DNA of 63,882 bases, counting the filler, from Actinomycetota bacterium (GTDB taxonomy: Bacteria; Actinomycetota; Acidimicrobiia; IMCC26256; VFJJ01), in NCBI GenBank assembly GCA_009886115.1. It is 4 parts of 4 records of this genome, joined end to end, with 100 filler letters (N's around TTAATTAATTAA, not from the genome) between each part and the next. Parts side by side here need not be neighbours in the genome. Positions count along the whole stretch, not along the records: positions 17,762 to 43,239 come from VFJJ01000037.1; 3 more parts are not named here. One strand, given 5' to 3'. The notes below the pieces were generated by a model, which was not told the origin of the DNA, did no database searches, and worked only from the letters and a program-made list of their open reading frames with translations. The position numbers and the translations under genes were made by a program. Shown in pieces: positions 30,191 to 39,369 of this stretch; the first letter of the stretch is position 1, and every line of letters begins with the position of its first letter.

Positions 30191-31030
30191 TCAGCGCTTG
30201 CGGAGCTTCCAGACCTGCTCCGAGGGGAAGCGCTGCGCCCAGTCGGCGGTCACGTAGAACGGCGAGTCGGCGCGGCCCGGCGGCGCCTGGATCTCGATGT
30301 AGTCGATCACGTCGAAGCCGGTGTCGCGAAACAGCCGGAACCACTGGGAGATCGGGAGGTTGAACTCGACGCCACCGGGGTCCTCGACGGCGTCGCGCCA
30401 GTCCATGGAGTGGAGGCCGAAGTAGTCGCGCTGGAGCTCGGTGCGGGCCGGCCCCGACCCGTCGACCGGGACGCAGATCACCGCGAGCGGCGTTCCCCCC
30501 AGGAACACCAGCTCCCCACCCGGACGCAGCAGCCGGTGGGCTTCGGGGATCCAGACGTGGGGATCGCACCAGATGGCTGCGCCGTACTCGGAGATCGCGA
30601 AGTCGAACGACCTGTCGGGGAACGGCACCGCCTCGGCCGAACCGTGCAGCAGGGTCAGCTCGACGCCGTGCTCATCGGCGAGCCGACGCGCCGTGGCCAA
30701 CTGGCTCGCGGAGTTGTCGATCCCCACCACGCGGGCGCCACGCCGGGCCATCCACGCTGACACGTACGCCGTCCCGCAGCCGAGCTCGATGGCGTCGATG
30801 CCCGACATGTCGGTGGGCAGCAGCGTCACCTCGTGGTCGGGTATCTCCCACATGCCCCACGTGGGGACTGCAGCGGCCCAGCTCCGTTCGCCCGGCGCCA
30901 CCCATCGGTCGGCTGTGGCGTCCCAGAAACGGCGGTTCTCAACGACATGCTCGGGAAGGGCCGGTACGGGCTCGACGGCGTCGGGCGGGGAGTATTCGGA
31001 GTGCGTGGGCTGCGCTTCGGAAGGCTCCAT
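30191..31030 (-). CDS. Class I SAM-dependent methyltransferase
   Basis: IELGCGTAY motif I, VGIDNS, FDFAISEYGA, RLLRPGG. Confidence 0.92.
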   Translation of the reverse strand: MEPSEAQPTHSEYSPPDAVEPVPALPEHVVENRRFWDATADRWVAPGERSWAAAVPTWGMWEIPDHEVTLLPTDMSGIDAIELGCGTAYVSAWMARRGARVVGIDNSASQLATARRLADEHGVELTLLHGSAEAVPFPDRSFDFAISEYGAAIWCDPHVWIPEAHRLLRPGGELVFLGGTPLAVICVPVDGSGPARTELQRDYFGLHSMDWRDAVEDPGGVEFNLPISQWFRLFRDTGFDVIDYIEIQAPPGRADSPFYVTADWAQRFPSEQVWKLRKR

Positions 31031-31042
31031 GACCCCAGCATC

Positions 31043-31624
31043 TCACTCGGGGATGGCGGCGTACGCGGGAAAATCGGGGTCGACGACGGTGTGGATGCCC
31101 AGGCCGTCGGCCACCCGGTTCACATAGTTGAGGTGGGCGCACTGGGCGTTGGCGTCGACGATCGCGAGATCGTCGAGACCGACGGCCCGGAGCCGGTCGA
31201 GGTCGGCGGCGGTCACCTGACCCGGGCTCCGGGTCAGCTTCACCGTGTAGCGCACCAGCTCGGCGTCGGCGGGCGCGTCGGCGAGCGCTCGGTCTGCGAA
31301 GCCCAACGGATCGTCGCCGAGCTCGACGATCTGCTCGCTCGACAAGCCGGTCTGGCGGAGCTTGATGGTCACCTGGCTCATGCAATACACGGTGCCGTTG
31401 ATGGCCGAGGTGACGTACGAGATCAGGTTGCGTTGACGCGGCGTGAGTGCCGACGGGCACTTCTCGGTCGCCGCATACAGATCGAGACGGGCGGCCACCA
31501 GGGGCGGATGCAGCGATCCGGCCAGGGTCATCTCGGTGGGTTCACCGAGCGTTCGGGCCTGACGCTCGTAGCTGACCTTCAGCTCACCTTCGGCCTCGCC
31601 GTACGGGACGGTCTTCACCCACAT
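31043..31624 (-). CDS. AhpD/CMD-like peroxidase-related protein
   Basis: LTPRQRNLI..TSAINGTVYC, KLTRSP, LRAVGLDD, NYVNRVADGLG. Confidence 0.85.
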   Translation of the reverse strand: MWVKTVPYGEAEGELKVSYERQARTLGEPTEMTLAGSLHPPLVAARLDLYAATEKCPSALTPRQRNLISYVTSAINGTVYCMSQVTIKLRQTGLSSEQIVELGDDPLGFADRALADAPADAELVRYTVKLTRSPGQVTAADLDRLRAVGLDDLAIVDANAQCAHLNYVNRVADGLGIHTVVDPDFPAYAAIPE

Positions 31625-31678
31625 GGTGGCCTCCGCAGGTTGACGTGCTCACGCGGCGCATGTGCGAACGTATCCGGC

Positions 31679-32701
31679 ATGTTCTCAGGTCTCGGGCTCT
31701 CGCTGTCGAACGAGGATCATCTCGGCGTCACGCTGGCGTTGGCGCAGCGGGCCGATCGGCTGGGCTTCGACGAGGTGTCGATACCCGAGAGCCGCCAGCA
31801 TCGCTCGGTGTTTGCGGCCGCGGCGGCCATCCTGGCGACGACGAGTCGGATCAGGGTGCGCATCGGCATCGCCAACCCGCTCACCCGTCATCCGGCCGTG
31901 CTGGCCATGGAGGCCGCGACCCTGGCCGAGATCGCCGGGCCGTCCCGCCTGCGCTTCGGGCTGGGCGCGGCCGAGTGGACCATGAAGGCGCTCGGTTACG
32001 CCCCTGATGGCTGGCTGCCGTTCACCCACACGGTGGAGGCGACCAGGGCGATCAAGCGTCTGCTGGCCGGCGACGACATCGGTTTCGAGCCGACCACCTT
32101 CGCTGCGCCCCCCACGTGCCGGCTCGACTTCACGCCGGCCGGACCGATCGCCGTCGACCTGGGTGCTGTGAATGGGCGGATGCTCGAAGCGGTCGGCGAG
32201 CATGCCGACGGGGTGCAGCTCGGCGCCATCACGAGTGTCGGCTACACCCGCTGGGCTTTGGCCCACATCGCCGCTGGCGCGGCCCGAGCCGGGCGTGACC
32301 CGTCGCTCCTGCTGGTGAGCGCCAACGTGCTCACCTCGGTGGATCGCGATCGACGGGCCGCCCGGCTGGCGGTGCGCGAGGTGCTGGCCTACTACCTGTG
32401 GCGGGTCGAGGGGGTCGTGGTCGACGAGTCGGGGGCCGACCTCGAGGCGGTGGCCGCAGTCCGTCGAGCCGTCGCCGACGGCGGGGTTGCGGCCGGGGCG
32501 GCGGTCGTCGCCGATTCGCTCATCGATTCGTTCGCCGTTGCCGGAACGGTCGAGGACGTGGTGGCGCAGCTCGCGCCGTTCGCCGCGGCCGGCCTGGCGC
32601 TCCCGCTGGCCTGGTACACCTTCGGCCCCGACCCCGAGTGGGCCATCGAAGCCCTCGCCGGCGACGTGCGTCCCGCGGTGGTGACCCTCGTCCCACGGTG
32701 A
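31679..32701 (+). CDS. LLM class (Mer-like) oxidoreductase
   Basis: GIANPLTRHPAVLAMEAATL, GAVNGRML, ADGV, FAVAGT. Confidence 0.88.
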   Translation: MFSGLGLSLSNEDHLGVTLALAQRADRLGFDEVSIPESRQHRSVFAAAAAILATTSRIRVRIGIANPLTRHPAVLAMEAATLAEIAGPSRLRFGLGAAEWTMKALGYAPDGWLPFTHTVEATRAIKRLLAGDDIGFEPTTFAAPPTCRLDFTPAGPIAVDLGAVNGRMLEAVGEHADGVQLGAITSVGYTRWALAHIAAGAARAGRDPSLLLVSANVLTSVDRDRRAARLAVREVLAYYLWRVEGVVVDESGADLEAVAAVRRAVADGGVAAGAAVVADSLIDSFAVAGTVEDVVAQLAPFAAAGLALPLAWYTFGPDPEWAIEALAGDVRPAVVTLVPR

Positions 32702-32753
32702 CGGCAGCCGACGCCAGCGCTCTCGCCGGCCTCTGAGACGGGATCCCGGCGCT

Positions 32754-32796
32754 TTCTTCGCGATTTCGCACAACTGCTGCGCGAAATCGCGAAGAA
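32754..32796. terminator. Perfect 16-bp stem hairpin between convergent genes (bidirectional terminator or REP-like)
   Basis: TTCTTCGCGATTTCGC-11 nt-GCGAAATCGCGAAGAA. Confidence 0.75.
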
Positions 32797-32845
32797 TCGA
32801 GGCGGAGGAAGGATCGGCCACGTCGCGGGTTCGGTCCAGGCGCAT

Positions 32846-33655
32846 TCAGCCCATCCACTGGCCGCCGTTGACGTCGAGCGTGGCGCCGGTGATGTAGCGG
32901 GCCTCGTCGGAGCACAGGAAGACGATCGCCGCGGCGAGGTCGGCGGGCTCGCCGGGGGCTCTGTTCGCAGCCTCGCCTCCCGGGAGCATGGCGAGCATGC
33001 CCCGGCGCCGCTCCGGGTCGAGGGCCTCCCACATCGGCGTGTCGTGCGGACCGGGCGCCACGGCATTGCACCGGATGCCGTCAGCCGCGTGCTCTCGGGC
33101 GATGAACCGCGAGAGGGCGAGCAGACCGCCTTTGCTGGCCGCATAGGCAGGACCCGACAACGCCGAGCCACCGAAGCGCCCGGTGACCGAGGCCACGAGC
33201 ACGATGCGGCCGTCACCCTGCCTGCGCATCCCGGGGATGGCTGCGCGCGCGACGAGGTAGGCCGAGGTGAGGTTCACGTCGAGGATGCGCCGCCAGTCGT
33301 CGGGAGATTCGTCGAGCAGGTTTCCCCGGCCGGTGATCCCGGCGCAGTGGACGAGGACCGTGGGATCGCCGTGGCGCTCCCTGACGGCCCCGAACGCCGA
33401 TTCGACCGCCGATTCGTCGCGAACATCGCAGATCGTGACGGTTCCCGCGTCGGCAGCCGAGGCGCCATCCTGCGGTGCCGGTGCACCGGCTGGCCCTGCT
33501 CCGAGCTCGAGTTGGGCGGGCTCTACGCACACCAGGTCGAGGCCGACCACTTCGTCTCCGAGCGCGGCGAAGCGCCGCCGGACGGCCGAACCGATAGCCC
33601 CACCGCCACCGGTCACCACGACGACCCGGCCCCGGGGCCCTGTGACGCGAGCCAT
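32846..33655 (-). CDS. SDR family oxidoreductase
   Basis: TGGGGAIG, YAASKGG, NAVAPG, LDVNGG; TGATG overlap with the rhodanese gene. Confidence 0.92.
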   Translation of the reverse strand: MARVTGPRGRVVVVTGGGGAIGSAVRRRFAALGDEVVGLDLVCVEPAQLELGAGPAGAPAPQDGASAADAGTVTICDVRDESAVESAFGAVRERHGDPTVLVHCAGITGRGNLLDESPDDWRRILDVNLTSAYLVARAAIPGMRRQGDGRIVLVASVTGRFGGSALSGPAYAASKGGLLALSRFIAREHAADGIRCNAVAPGPHDTPMWEALDPERRRGMLAMLPGGEAANRAPGEPADLAAAIVFLCSDEARYITGATLDVNGGQWMG

Positions 33656-34641
33656 CAGTGCCGCTCCTTCGGCGTGTCGGGATCGGTATCCCACTCGGAC
33701 CACGATCCGTCGTAGACCGACAGCTCGCCGCCCACGCCGGCCATCTTGAAAGCCAAGAGCGCGCCCGTGGCCGCGACACCGCCTCCGCACGTCAAGATCG
33801 TACGCGTGGCGTCGGCCAGCGTCGGATCGGCCTCGAGGATCCGGGCCCGGCACTGCTCGGGGGTCATCCACCGCTCGCCGTCGACCAGGAAGCCCAGGCC
33901 GGTCACCCGCACCGAGCCTGGGATGTGACCCGAGGCAGCGGCGTAGGCGACGCCCATCCGGGCGTCCACGATCCGGACCGGGCTGCACTCGCCGCGCGTC
34001 GATTCTTCCGCAGAATCGGCGGTGCTGTCCGATTCGCCGCGAGCAGGATCTGCCTCTGAAGCGGCGGGTCGAGGATGTGCCACATCACCGGCCGCGGCAA
34101 TCGGCGCCGGTGCTGCGACCACCGAGACCACGTCGGCCTTGGTGGCGTAGAGCGATCGGTCGAACCGGGCCGTGAAGCGAGCAGGGGGGTCGCACGCCGC
34201 AGGCGGTGCGCCCGAAGCCACCCGGTGTCCCTCTGCCCGCCAGCGGGTGATCCCACCGTCGAGCACGGCGGCCGCCTCGTGTCCGTAGACCTGGAGCGCC
34301 CACCACACCCGCGCGGCGACCGGAACGTGATGATCATCGTAGGTGACGACCATCGTGGAGTCGCCGATCCCCAGTCGCCCCATGGCTTCGGAGAAACGAT
34401 CGCCGTCGGCCAGCATGTTGAGCGATCCTCGGGCCGGGTCGGCGATCTCACGGTCCCACGCCAGATATCGAGCGCCGGGAATGTGCCCGGCTCGGTACTC
34501 GGCTTCGCCGTCACGCTCGTCGAACGGTCTGAGATACCACCGGCAATCGAGAACCACGAGATCGCGATCACCCGACGCGAGTTGGTCGGCGAGCCACTCG
34601 ACGGTGACGAGCGGTTGCCCGGGAACGGTGTCGTCCAGCAC
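33655..34641 (-). CDS. Tandem rhodanese sulfurtransferase (SseA/3-mercaptopyruvate type)
   Basis: GHIPGA, AARVWW, LDGG, active-site CGGGVAA, YDGSWSEW; start approximate. Confidence 0.92.
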   Translation of the reverse strand: MLDDTVPGQPLVTVEWLADQLASGDRDLVVLDCRWYLRPFDERDGEAEYRAGHIPGARYLAWDREIADPARGSLNMLADGDRFSEAMGRLGIGDSTMVVTYDDHHVPVAARVWWALQVYGHEAAAVLDGGITRWRAEGHRVASGAPPAACDPPARFTARFDRSLYATKADVVSVVAAPAPIAAAGDVAHPRPAASEADPARGESDSTADSAEESTRGECSPVRIVDARMGVAYAAASGHIPGSVRVTGLGFLVDGERWMTPEQCRARILEADPTLADATRTILTCGGGVAATGALLAFKMAGVGGELSVYDGSWSEWDTDPDTPKERH

Positions 34642-34757
34642 GAGACGAGTGTCGCGCACCCCCGTAGACTTCGCTCGAGCACGGCGGTGCACCCACCGGC
34701 CGACCGACGAAGGCTCCGTCCGGACACGCTGCCGATCCCGAGATCGAGGAGGCCGAC

Positions 34758-35915
34758 GTGCAACACGGAGTGTTCTTGTTCGGAGCTGTCGAGATGAGTG
34801 ACGCCGGCGCCGGCCCGCCTGCGCCCACCGACCGTCGCTACACCCAGAAAGAGATGTGGCACGCGACCCTGCGCATGCTCGACATGGGCGTGCACGCCGA
34901 GAAGGTCGGCTTCGACACCTACTGGCTCACCGAGCACCACTTCCAGTACGAGGGCTACGAGGTGATCCCCAACGGGGTGCTCATCGGGGCCGTCCTCGCC
35001 GAGCGGACCAAGCGCATCAGGATCGGCGCCATGTTCCACATCGTGCCGCAGTGGCATCCGCTGCGCTTCGCCGAAGACTGGGCGACGATGCACAACCTCT
35101 CGGGCGGGCGGGGCGTGCTCGGTGTCGGTCGGGGAACGGTGCCCCGCGAGGCCCAGCCCCTCGGCACGCTCGTCGGGAGCTTCGACAACCCCGACAAGGC
35201 CGACGCCGACCGCATCAACCGCGAGCAGATGGACGAGATCATGGACGTCATCCTGCTCGCCTACGAGAACGAGACGTTCAGCTATCACGGCAAGCACTAC
35301 GACTTCCCGCCGCCGGGGATCCCCGACCGGGGCGGCTCCGTGCAGGAGCTGACGCTCGTCCCCCGGCCCCTGTACCCGTACGAGGTCTGGCAGCCGATCA
35401 CGTCGCCCCCCTCGCTCGAGCAGGTTCCCAAGCGGGGCTTCGGCGGCGTGTTCTGGCTCCTGAACCACCAGTACGCCAAGCAACGCTGGGACCGGTTCCA
35501 GGAGGTCTACGAGAACACCCACGGCACGACGCTGCGGCCCGGTGAGAAGCGCCAGATGGTGCTCAACATCTGCGTCGCCGACACCCACGAGCAGGCCTGG
35601 GCCGACGCCCGCACCGGCCACGACGAGTTCTGGAAGTTCCTCGGCCCCTACGGCTGGTCGAAGGGCTACATGGGTCCCGACGGCAAGCCGTCGCCCAGCG
35701 GGCTCATCCCCACCCTCGAGGAGTCGGTCGACCAGAAGGTGTGGGTCATCGGAAGTCCCGAGGAGGTCGCCGAGGGGCTCGCCTACTACCGCGACATGCT
35801 CGGCGGCATGGAGCAGCTCACGGTGTTCCCGCAGTTCCCAGGCGAGACCTACGAACGGGCCGAGGAGCAGATGGCCCGCTACATGGAACAGGTCAAGCCG
35901 CTCTTCGACCGCTGA
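34758..35915 (+). CDS. LLM class (luciferase-like) flavin-dependent oxidoreductase
   Basis: WLTEHHFQYEG, WHPLRFAED, LSGGR.GVGRG, IGSPEEV; GGAGG RBS. Confidence 0.93.
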   Translation: MQHGVFLFGAVEMSDAGAGPPAPTDRRYTQKEMWHATLRMLDMGVHAEKVGFDTYWLTEHHFQYEGYEVIPNGVLIGAVLAERTKRIRIGAMFHIVPQWHPLRFAEDWATMHNLSGGRGVLGVGRGTVPREAQPLGTLVGSFDNPDKADADRINREQMDEIMDVILLAYENETFSYHGKHYDFPPPGIPDRGGSVQELTLVPRPLYPYEVWQPITSPPSLEQVPKRGFGGVFWLLNHQYAKQRWDRFQEVYENTHGTTLRPGEKRQMVLNICVADTHEQAWADARTGHDEFWKFLGPYGWSKGYMGPDGKPSPSGLIPTLEESVDQKVWVIGSPEEVAEGLAYYRDMLGGMEQLTVFPQFPGETYERAEEQMARYMEQVKPLFDR

Positions 35916-35957
35916 GCCGCCGCCGCTCGGCCAACGCCCGCTCAGGCATCCAGCCGT

Positions 35958-37646
35958 TCAGACATCCGGCCGCTCGGTGCGACGACCGCCGGGGCGGCCG
36001 AGTCGCCGCACGACGCGGCGGGGACGATCGAGGCGCGCGACCACCACGGCGGCGGCGTTGCGGCCCGAAGCGCCCCAGATACCGGCTCCGGGGAACGTGG
36101 CGGCGCCAGTCAGGAAGAGCCCGGCAACCGGCGTCTCGTAGCGCGTCAGCTCCTTGTCCTTACCCAGCATGGCAGCGAGTGGACCGCCAGCGAAGCTCGG
36201 GGCATAACCGCGGGCCATGCGGAATTCGGACTCATATGCCGGCGGGTCCATCACTCGCCAGTCGACGATGTTGTCGAGGAAACCCGGCTCGACGAGCTCG
36301 GCGTACCGCTCGAGCCACCGGCGCGGCTCGGCCGACCCGGTCCAGCCGCCGTCGAGCGCGTACGGCGTGTACAGCACCTCGAGGCTGAACACGTGGCGCC
36401 CCTCGACCTGCAGGCTGGGATCGAGCACCGACGGCACGTTGGCGAAGAGCATCGGACGCTCCGCCACCCGTCCCCGGGCCATGAGCTCGTGGGCACGATG
36501 GGCCTCGGCCAGTGGTGGCGCGATGATCACCGTGGGCACGAGGGGATCGGCGCCGTCGAGCAGGTCGAGGATCGTGTCGTCAACATCCCGGTAGACCGGT
36601 GGGCGCATGACCAAGGCGTCGATCTTCGACTCGTAGCCGTCGTTGACGGGCGCCGCACGCCATCGTCGCTGGAGGCTGTCGGCCCCGGTCGGGGGGGCAG
36701 CGCCCAACCAGTCGACGAGCACCCCCCGGGGATCGCATGCCGCCACGACCGCACGGGCCCGAAGGGTCTCGCCCGAGCAGAGGATGGCACCGGTGACTGC
36801 TCCGCGCTCCACGAGCAGACGCTCGACCGGCGCGCCGCAGCGAACCGTTCCGCCCATGGCCTCGAAGGCTGAACGCAACGCGGCCGGAAGCGCGCCGCTG
36901 CCGCCGACCGGGCGCCCCGGGGTCACCAGATGCTTGAGCGCGAACCCCAGCGCCCCCAAGCCCGTCCCCGGCGTCTCGGGGGAACAGCCCCACACGGCGG
37001 GCCCGGTGGCGAAGGCGGGGGCCATGATCGCCTCGTCGGTGAAGAACGAGCGCAGCACGTCGCCCACCGACCGCCGACTCCACCGCAACAGCGCCGCGAC
37101 TCCCGCGCCACGAGCCGAGGCCACCGTGTGGAGCGCGCTGCGCGGCGAAGGTGCGGCGGCGGCCATCTCGATGAGCAGACGGGCCACCGGCGTGGCCGCG
37201 GCCAGGTACCGCCGGTACCCGTCGACCTGGGACGGATGCGTACGGCGGAGGCCGTCGATGGTGCGTTCGGCCGAGCTGAAGTGCAGCCACGGCGCCTGGT
37301 CGTCGTCCCAACCGATCGCCAGCTGGGCCGGGTCGAGATCGAGATACCGCAAGCCGTGATCGGCGAGCGAGAGCTCGTCGGCGATCGCGGTGGCCCGCAC
37401 GAAGATGTGGTCGCAGTTGCAGATGTTGACCCGGGCTCCCACCGCGTCGACCGTCGAAGCGCACCCGCCCACGGTGTCGCGAGCTTCCAGCACCAACACG
37501 TCGAGCCCGGACCGGGCCAGGTACGCGGCGCACACCAACCCGTTGTGCCCGGCGCCGACCACGATCACGTCGGCGACTCCGGCCGCCGACGCCGGGCCCG
37601 GGTCGAGCACCTGTGAGAAGTCGGGGCCAGAACCCTGTGTACTCAC
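35958..37646 (-). CDS. Phytoene-dehydrogenase-like FAD-dependent oxidoreductase
   Basis: VVGAGHNGLVCAAYL, LEAR..VGG, PVGGSGAL, YETPVAGLFLTGAATFPGAG; GTGA overlap with the Rieske gene. Confidence 0.9.
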   Translation of the reverse strand: MSTQGSGPDFSQVLDPGPASAAGVADVIVVGAGHNGLVCAAYLARSGLDVLVLEARDTVGGCASTVDAVGARVNICNCDHIFVRATAIADELSLADHGLRYLDLDPAQLAIGWDDDQAPWLHFSSAERTIDGLRRTHPSQVDGYRRYLAAATPVARLLIEMAAAAPSPRSALHTVASARGAGVAALLRWSRRSVGDVLRSFFTDEAIMAPAFATGPAVWGCSPETPGTGLGALGFALKHLVTPGRPVGGSGALPAALRSAFEAMGGTVRCGAPVERLLVERGAVTGAILCSGETLRARAVVAACDPRGVLVDWLGAAPPTGADSLQRRWRAAPVNDGYESKIDALVMRPPVYRDVDDTILDLLDGADPLVPTVIIAPPLAEAHRAHELMARGRVAERPMLFANVPSVLDPSLQVEGRHVFSLEVLYTPYALDGGWTGSAEPRRWLERYAELVEPGFLDNIVDWRVMDPPAYESEFRMARGYAPSFAGGPLAAMLGKDKELTRYETPVAGLFLTGAATFPGAGIWGASGRNAAAVVVARLDRPRRVVRRLGRPGGRRTERPDV

Positions 37647-38668
37647 AGGTGCTCGGAGTCGGGTAGGGGGTGGGCCCATCCTCCGGCGCAGATGTCGGCC
37701 AGCACCCGGCGCAGCTCAACCGTCGGACGGTCGATCTTCAGGTGCACCAACGCCGCGAGGTCGAGCTCGTAGTCGGGCCAGGTCTGCTCCAGCAGCCCCT
37801 TGTCCTCCATGGTGACGCGCCGGTCGAACGCGACCACGTCGGCCGCGGCCACATCGGCCTCGGTGTCGGAGCGCAAGCTCACCTGAATGAGCCGCAGGTG
37901 CGTGTCGTCGACGGGTGTTGCAGCCATCACGATCGCATGGCGTACCCCGCTCGGGTACGTGTTGTCGAGCACCCGGAAGAACGGCGCATGGAACGTGGTC
38001 GTGTTGATTCGCCGGGTCGTGGCGGCCTCGGGGGCCGAGCCGGTCACGTGCGCGAGCCCGGGTGCGTTGGCCACCTCCACCTCGTAGGAGATGCGGAACC
38101 CGTCGGCCGTGCGCTCCAGGTCGGGGACGGGCACTGCGGCCTGCGCCGGCCCGAAGGTCCCGGTGTGGACGAACGCGAAGTGCGCCTGGTCGAAGCTGTT
38201 GTCGAGCAAGCGGGGAGCCGCGGCCGCCCAGACCTCGTCGAACTCGCGGATGTATCGAAGGCCGGGCACGCTCCAGACCTCGACCTCGGGAATCGGCCGG
38301 ACGGGTTCTTCGAACGCCACCCAGACCATGCCGTAGCGCACGTCGCAGTGCAGCGATCCCAAGCGGGCCTTGGCCGGGACGGGTGCTCCGGGTTCGAGCT
38401 GCGGGATGAACACCGCGGCGCCATCGGGCCCGTAGCGCCACCCGTGGTACGGGCACACGAGACATCCGTCGACGGTCGTTCCGCCAGACAGCCGGGCCGA
38501 ACGGTGCGGGCACCGATCGTGCGCCGCGCTCGCCGCTCCGGGCGATGGGCTCCAGACGACCACATCGACACCGAGCAGGCGTCGGGCGAGCGGCCCGTCG
38601 GCCAGATCGTCGAGGAAGCACACCGCGTACCAGAACGCCCGGAGATGCGGTTCCTGCGTGACGAGCAT
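37643..38668 (-). CDS. Rieske non-heme iron oxygenase alpha subunit (VanA/Ndm demethylase-like)
   Basis: DRCPHR...CPYHGW Rieske ligands; DNSFDQAHFAFVH and EDK mononuclear Fe site. Confidence 0.93.
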   Translation of the reverse strand: MLVTQEPHLRAFWYAVCFLDDLADGPLARRLLGVDVVVWSPSPGAASAAHDRCPHRSARLSGGTTVDGCLVCPYHGWRYGPDGAAVFIPQLEPGAPVPAKARLGSLHCDVRYGMVWVAFEEPVRPIPEVEVWSVPGLRYIREFDEVWAAAAPRLLDNSFDQAHFAFVHTGTFGPAQAAVPVPDLERTADGFRISYEVEVANAPGLAHVTGSAPEAATTRRINTTTFHAPFFRVLDNTYPSGVRHAIVMAATPVDDTHLRLIQVSLRSDTEADVAAADVVAFDRRVTMEDKGLLEQTWPDYELDLAALVHLKIDRPTVELRRVLADICAGGWAHPLPDSEHL

Positions 38669-38727
38669 CTCGCGACCTTACGACCCCCTGATGAGCGCCG
38701 GCGGGGCCGACCGGGCCAGCGGTTCCC

Positions 38728-38776
38728 GTTCTTTGTGGCCGAGACCGCGCCAGGCGCGGCCCTGCGCACAAAGAAC
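38728..38776. repeat. 49-nt palindromic REP-like element, copy 1
   Basis: GTTCTTTGTG...CCGCGC-CAG-GCGCGG...CACAAAGAAC. Confidence 0.75.
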
Positions 38777-38832
38777 ATGGGTGATCGGGGCGGGGGTGCA
38801 GCATCTCCGTAGTCTCGGGTGTCGGAGGGGGT

Positions 38833-39369
38833 ATGACAGACGACGCAGCGATCGCCATGGCCATGTCCCTGCCATCGGAGTGGGCATCGGCGGCGCCGAC
38901 GGTGGCCCGGGCGCTCGACCCGCAGACCGTCTACGAGACCGAGTACGTGGGCCTGGTAAGGCTCGCCGTCTCGCTCGTCGACTCGCGCGAGCGGGCCGAG
39001 GAGATCGTGCAGGACGCGGTGGTGCGGGCCCTGCGGCGCTGGGACTCCCTCGCCAACCCCGGCGGCTACCTGCGCGTGGCGGTCGTGAACGGCTGCCGGA
39101 ACGAGCTCCGCCACCGGTCGCTCGTGCGCCGCCGCGCCCCGAGCGGGCCCGATCGGCCCGAGCTCCCGGCCCAGCACGGGCCCCGGCGCGACGAGCTGCT
39201 CGACGCGCTGGCCACCCTCAGCCCCCGACGGCGCATCGCCCTCGTGTTGCACTTCTACCTCGACCTGCCCGAGACAGAGATCGCCGAGATGCTCGGCGTT
39301 CGTCCCGGCACCGCTCGCAGCCTCGTCGCCCGAGGCATCGCCGATCTCAGAAAGGTGATCACCCGATGA
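38833..39369 (+). CDS. ECF RNA polymerase sigma factor
   Basis: LVRLAVSL..AEEIVQDA, YLRVAVVN; region 4 LPETEIAEMLGVRPGTARSLVARG; GGAGG RBS. Confidence 0.92.
   Translation: MTDDAAIAMAMSLPSEWASAAPTVARALDPQTVYETEYVGLVRLAVSLVDSRERAEEIVQDAVVRALRRWDSLANPGGYLRVAVVNGCRNELRHRSLVRRRAPSGPDRPELPAQHGPRRDELLDALATLSPRRRIALVLHFYLDLPETEIAEMLGVRPGTARSLVARGIADLRKVITR

Noticed and set aside
31370..31410. Selenocysteine recoding in the AhpD-like motif
   Set aside because: The substituted position is an ACC (Thr) codon in an uninterrupted ORF.
35958..37646. Carotenoid biosynthesis (crtI/crtO)
   Set aside because: No crtB, crtE or crtY is present; the gene is coupled to a Rieske oxygenase, and this FAD family includes many non-carotenoid enzymes.
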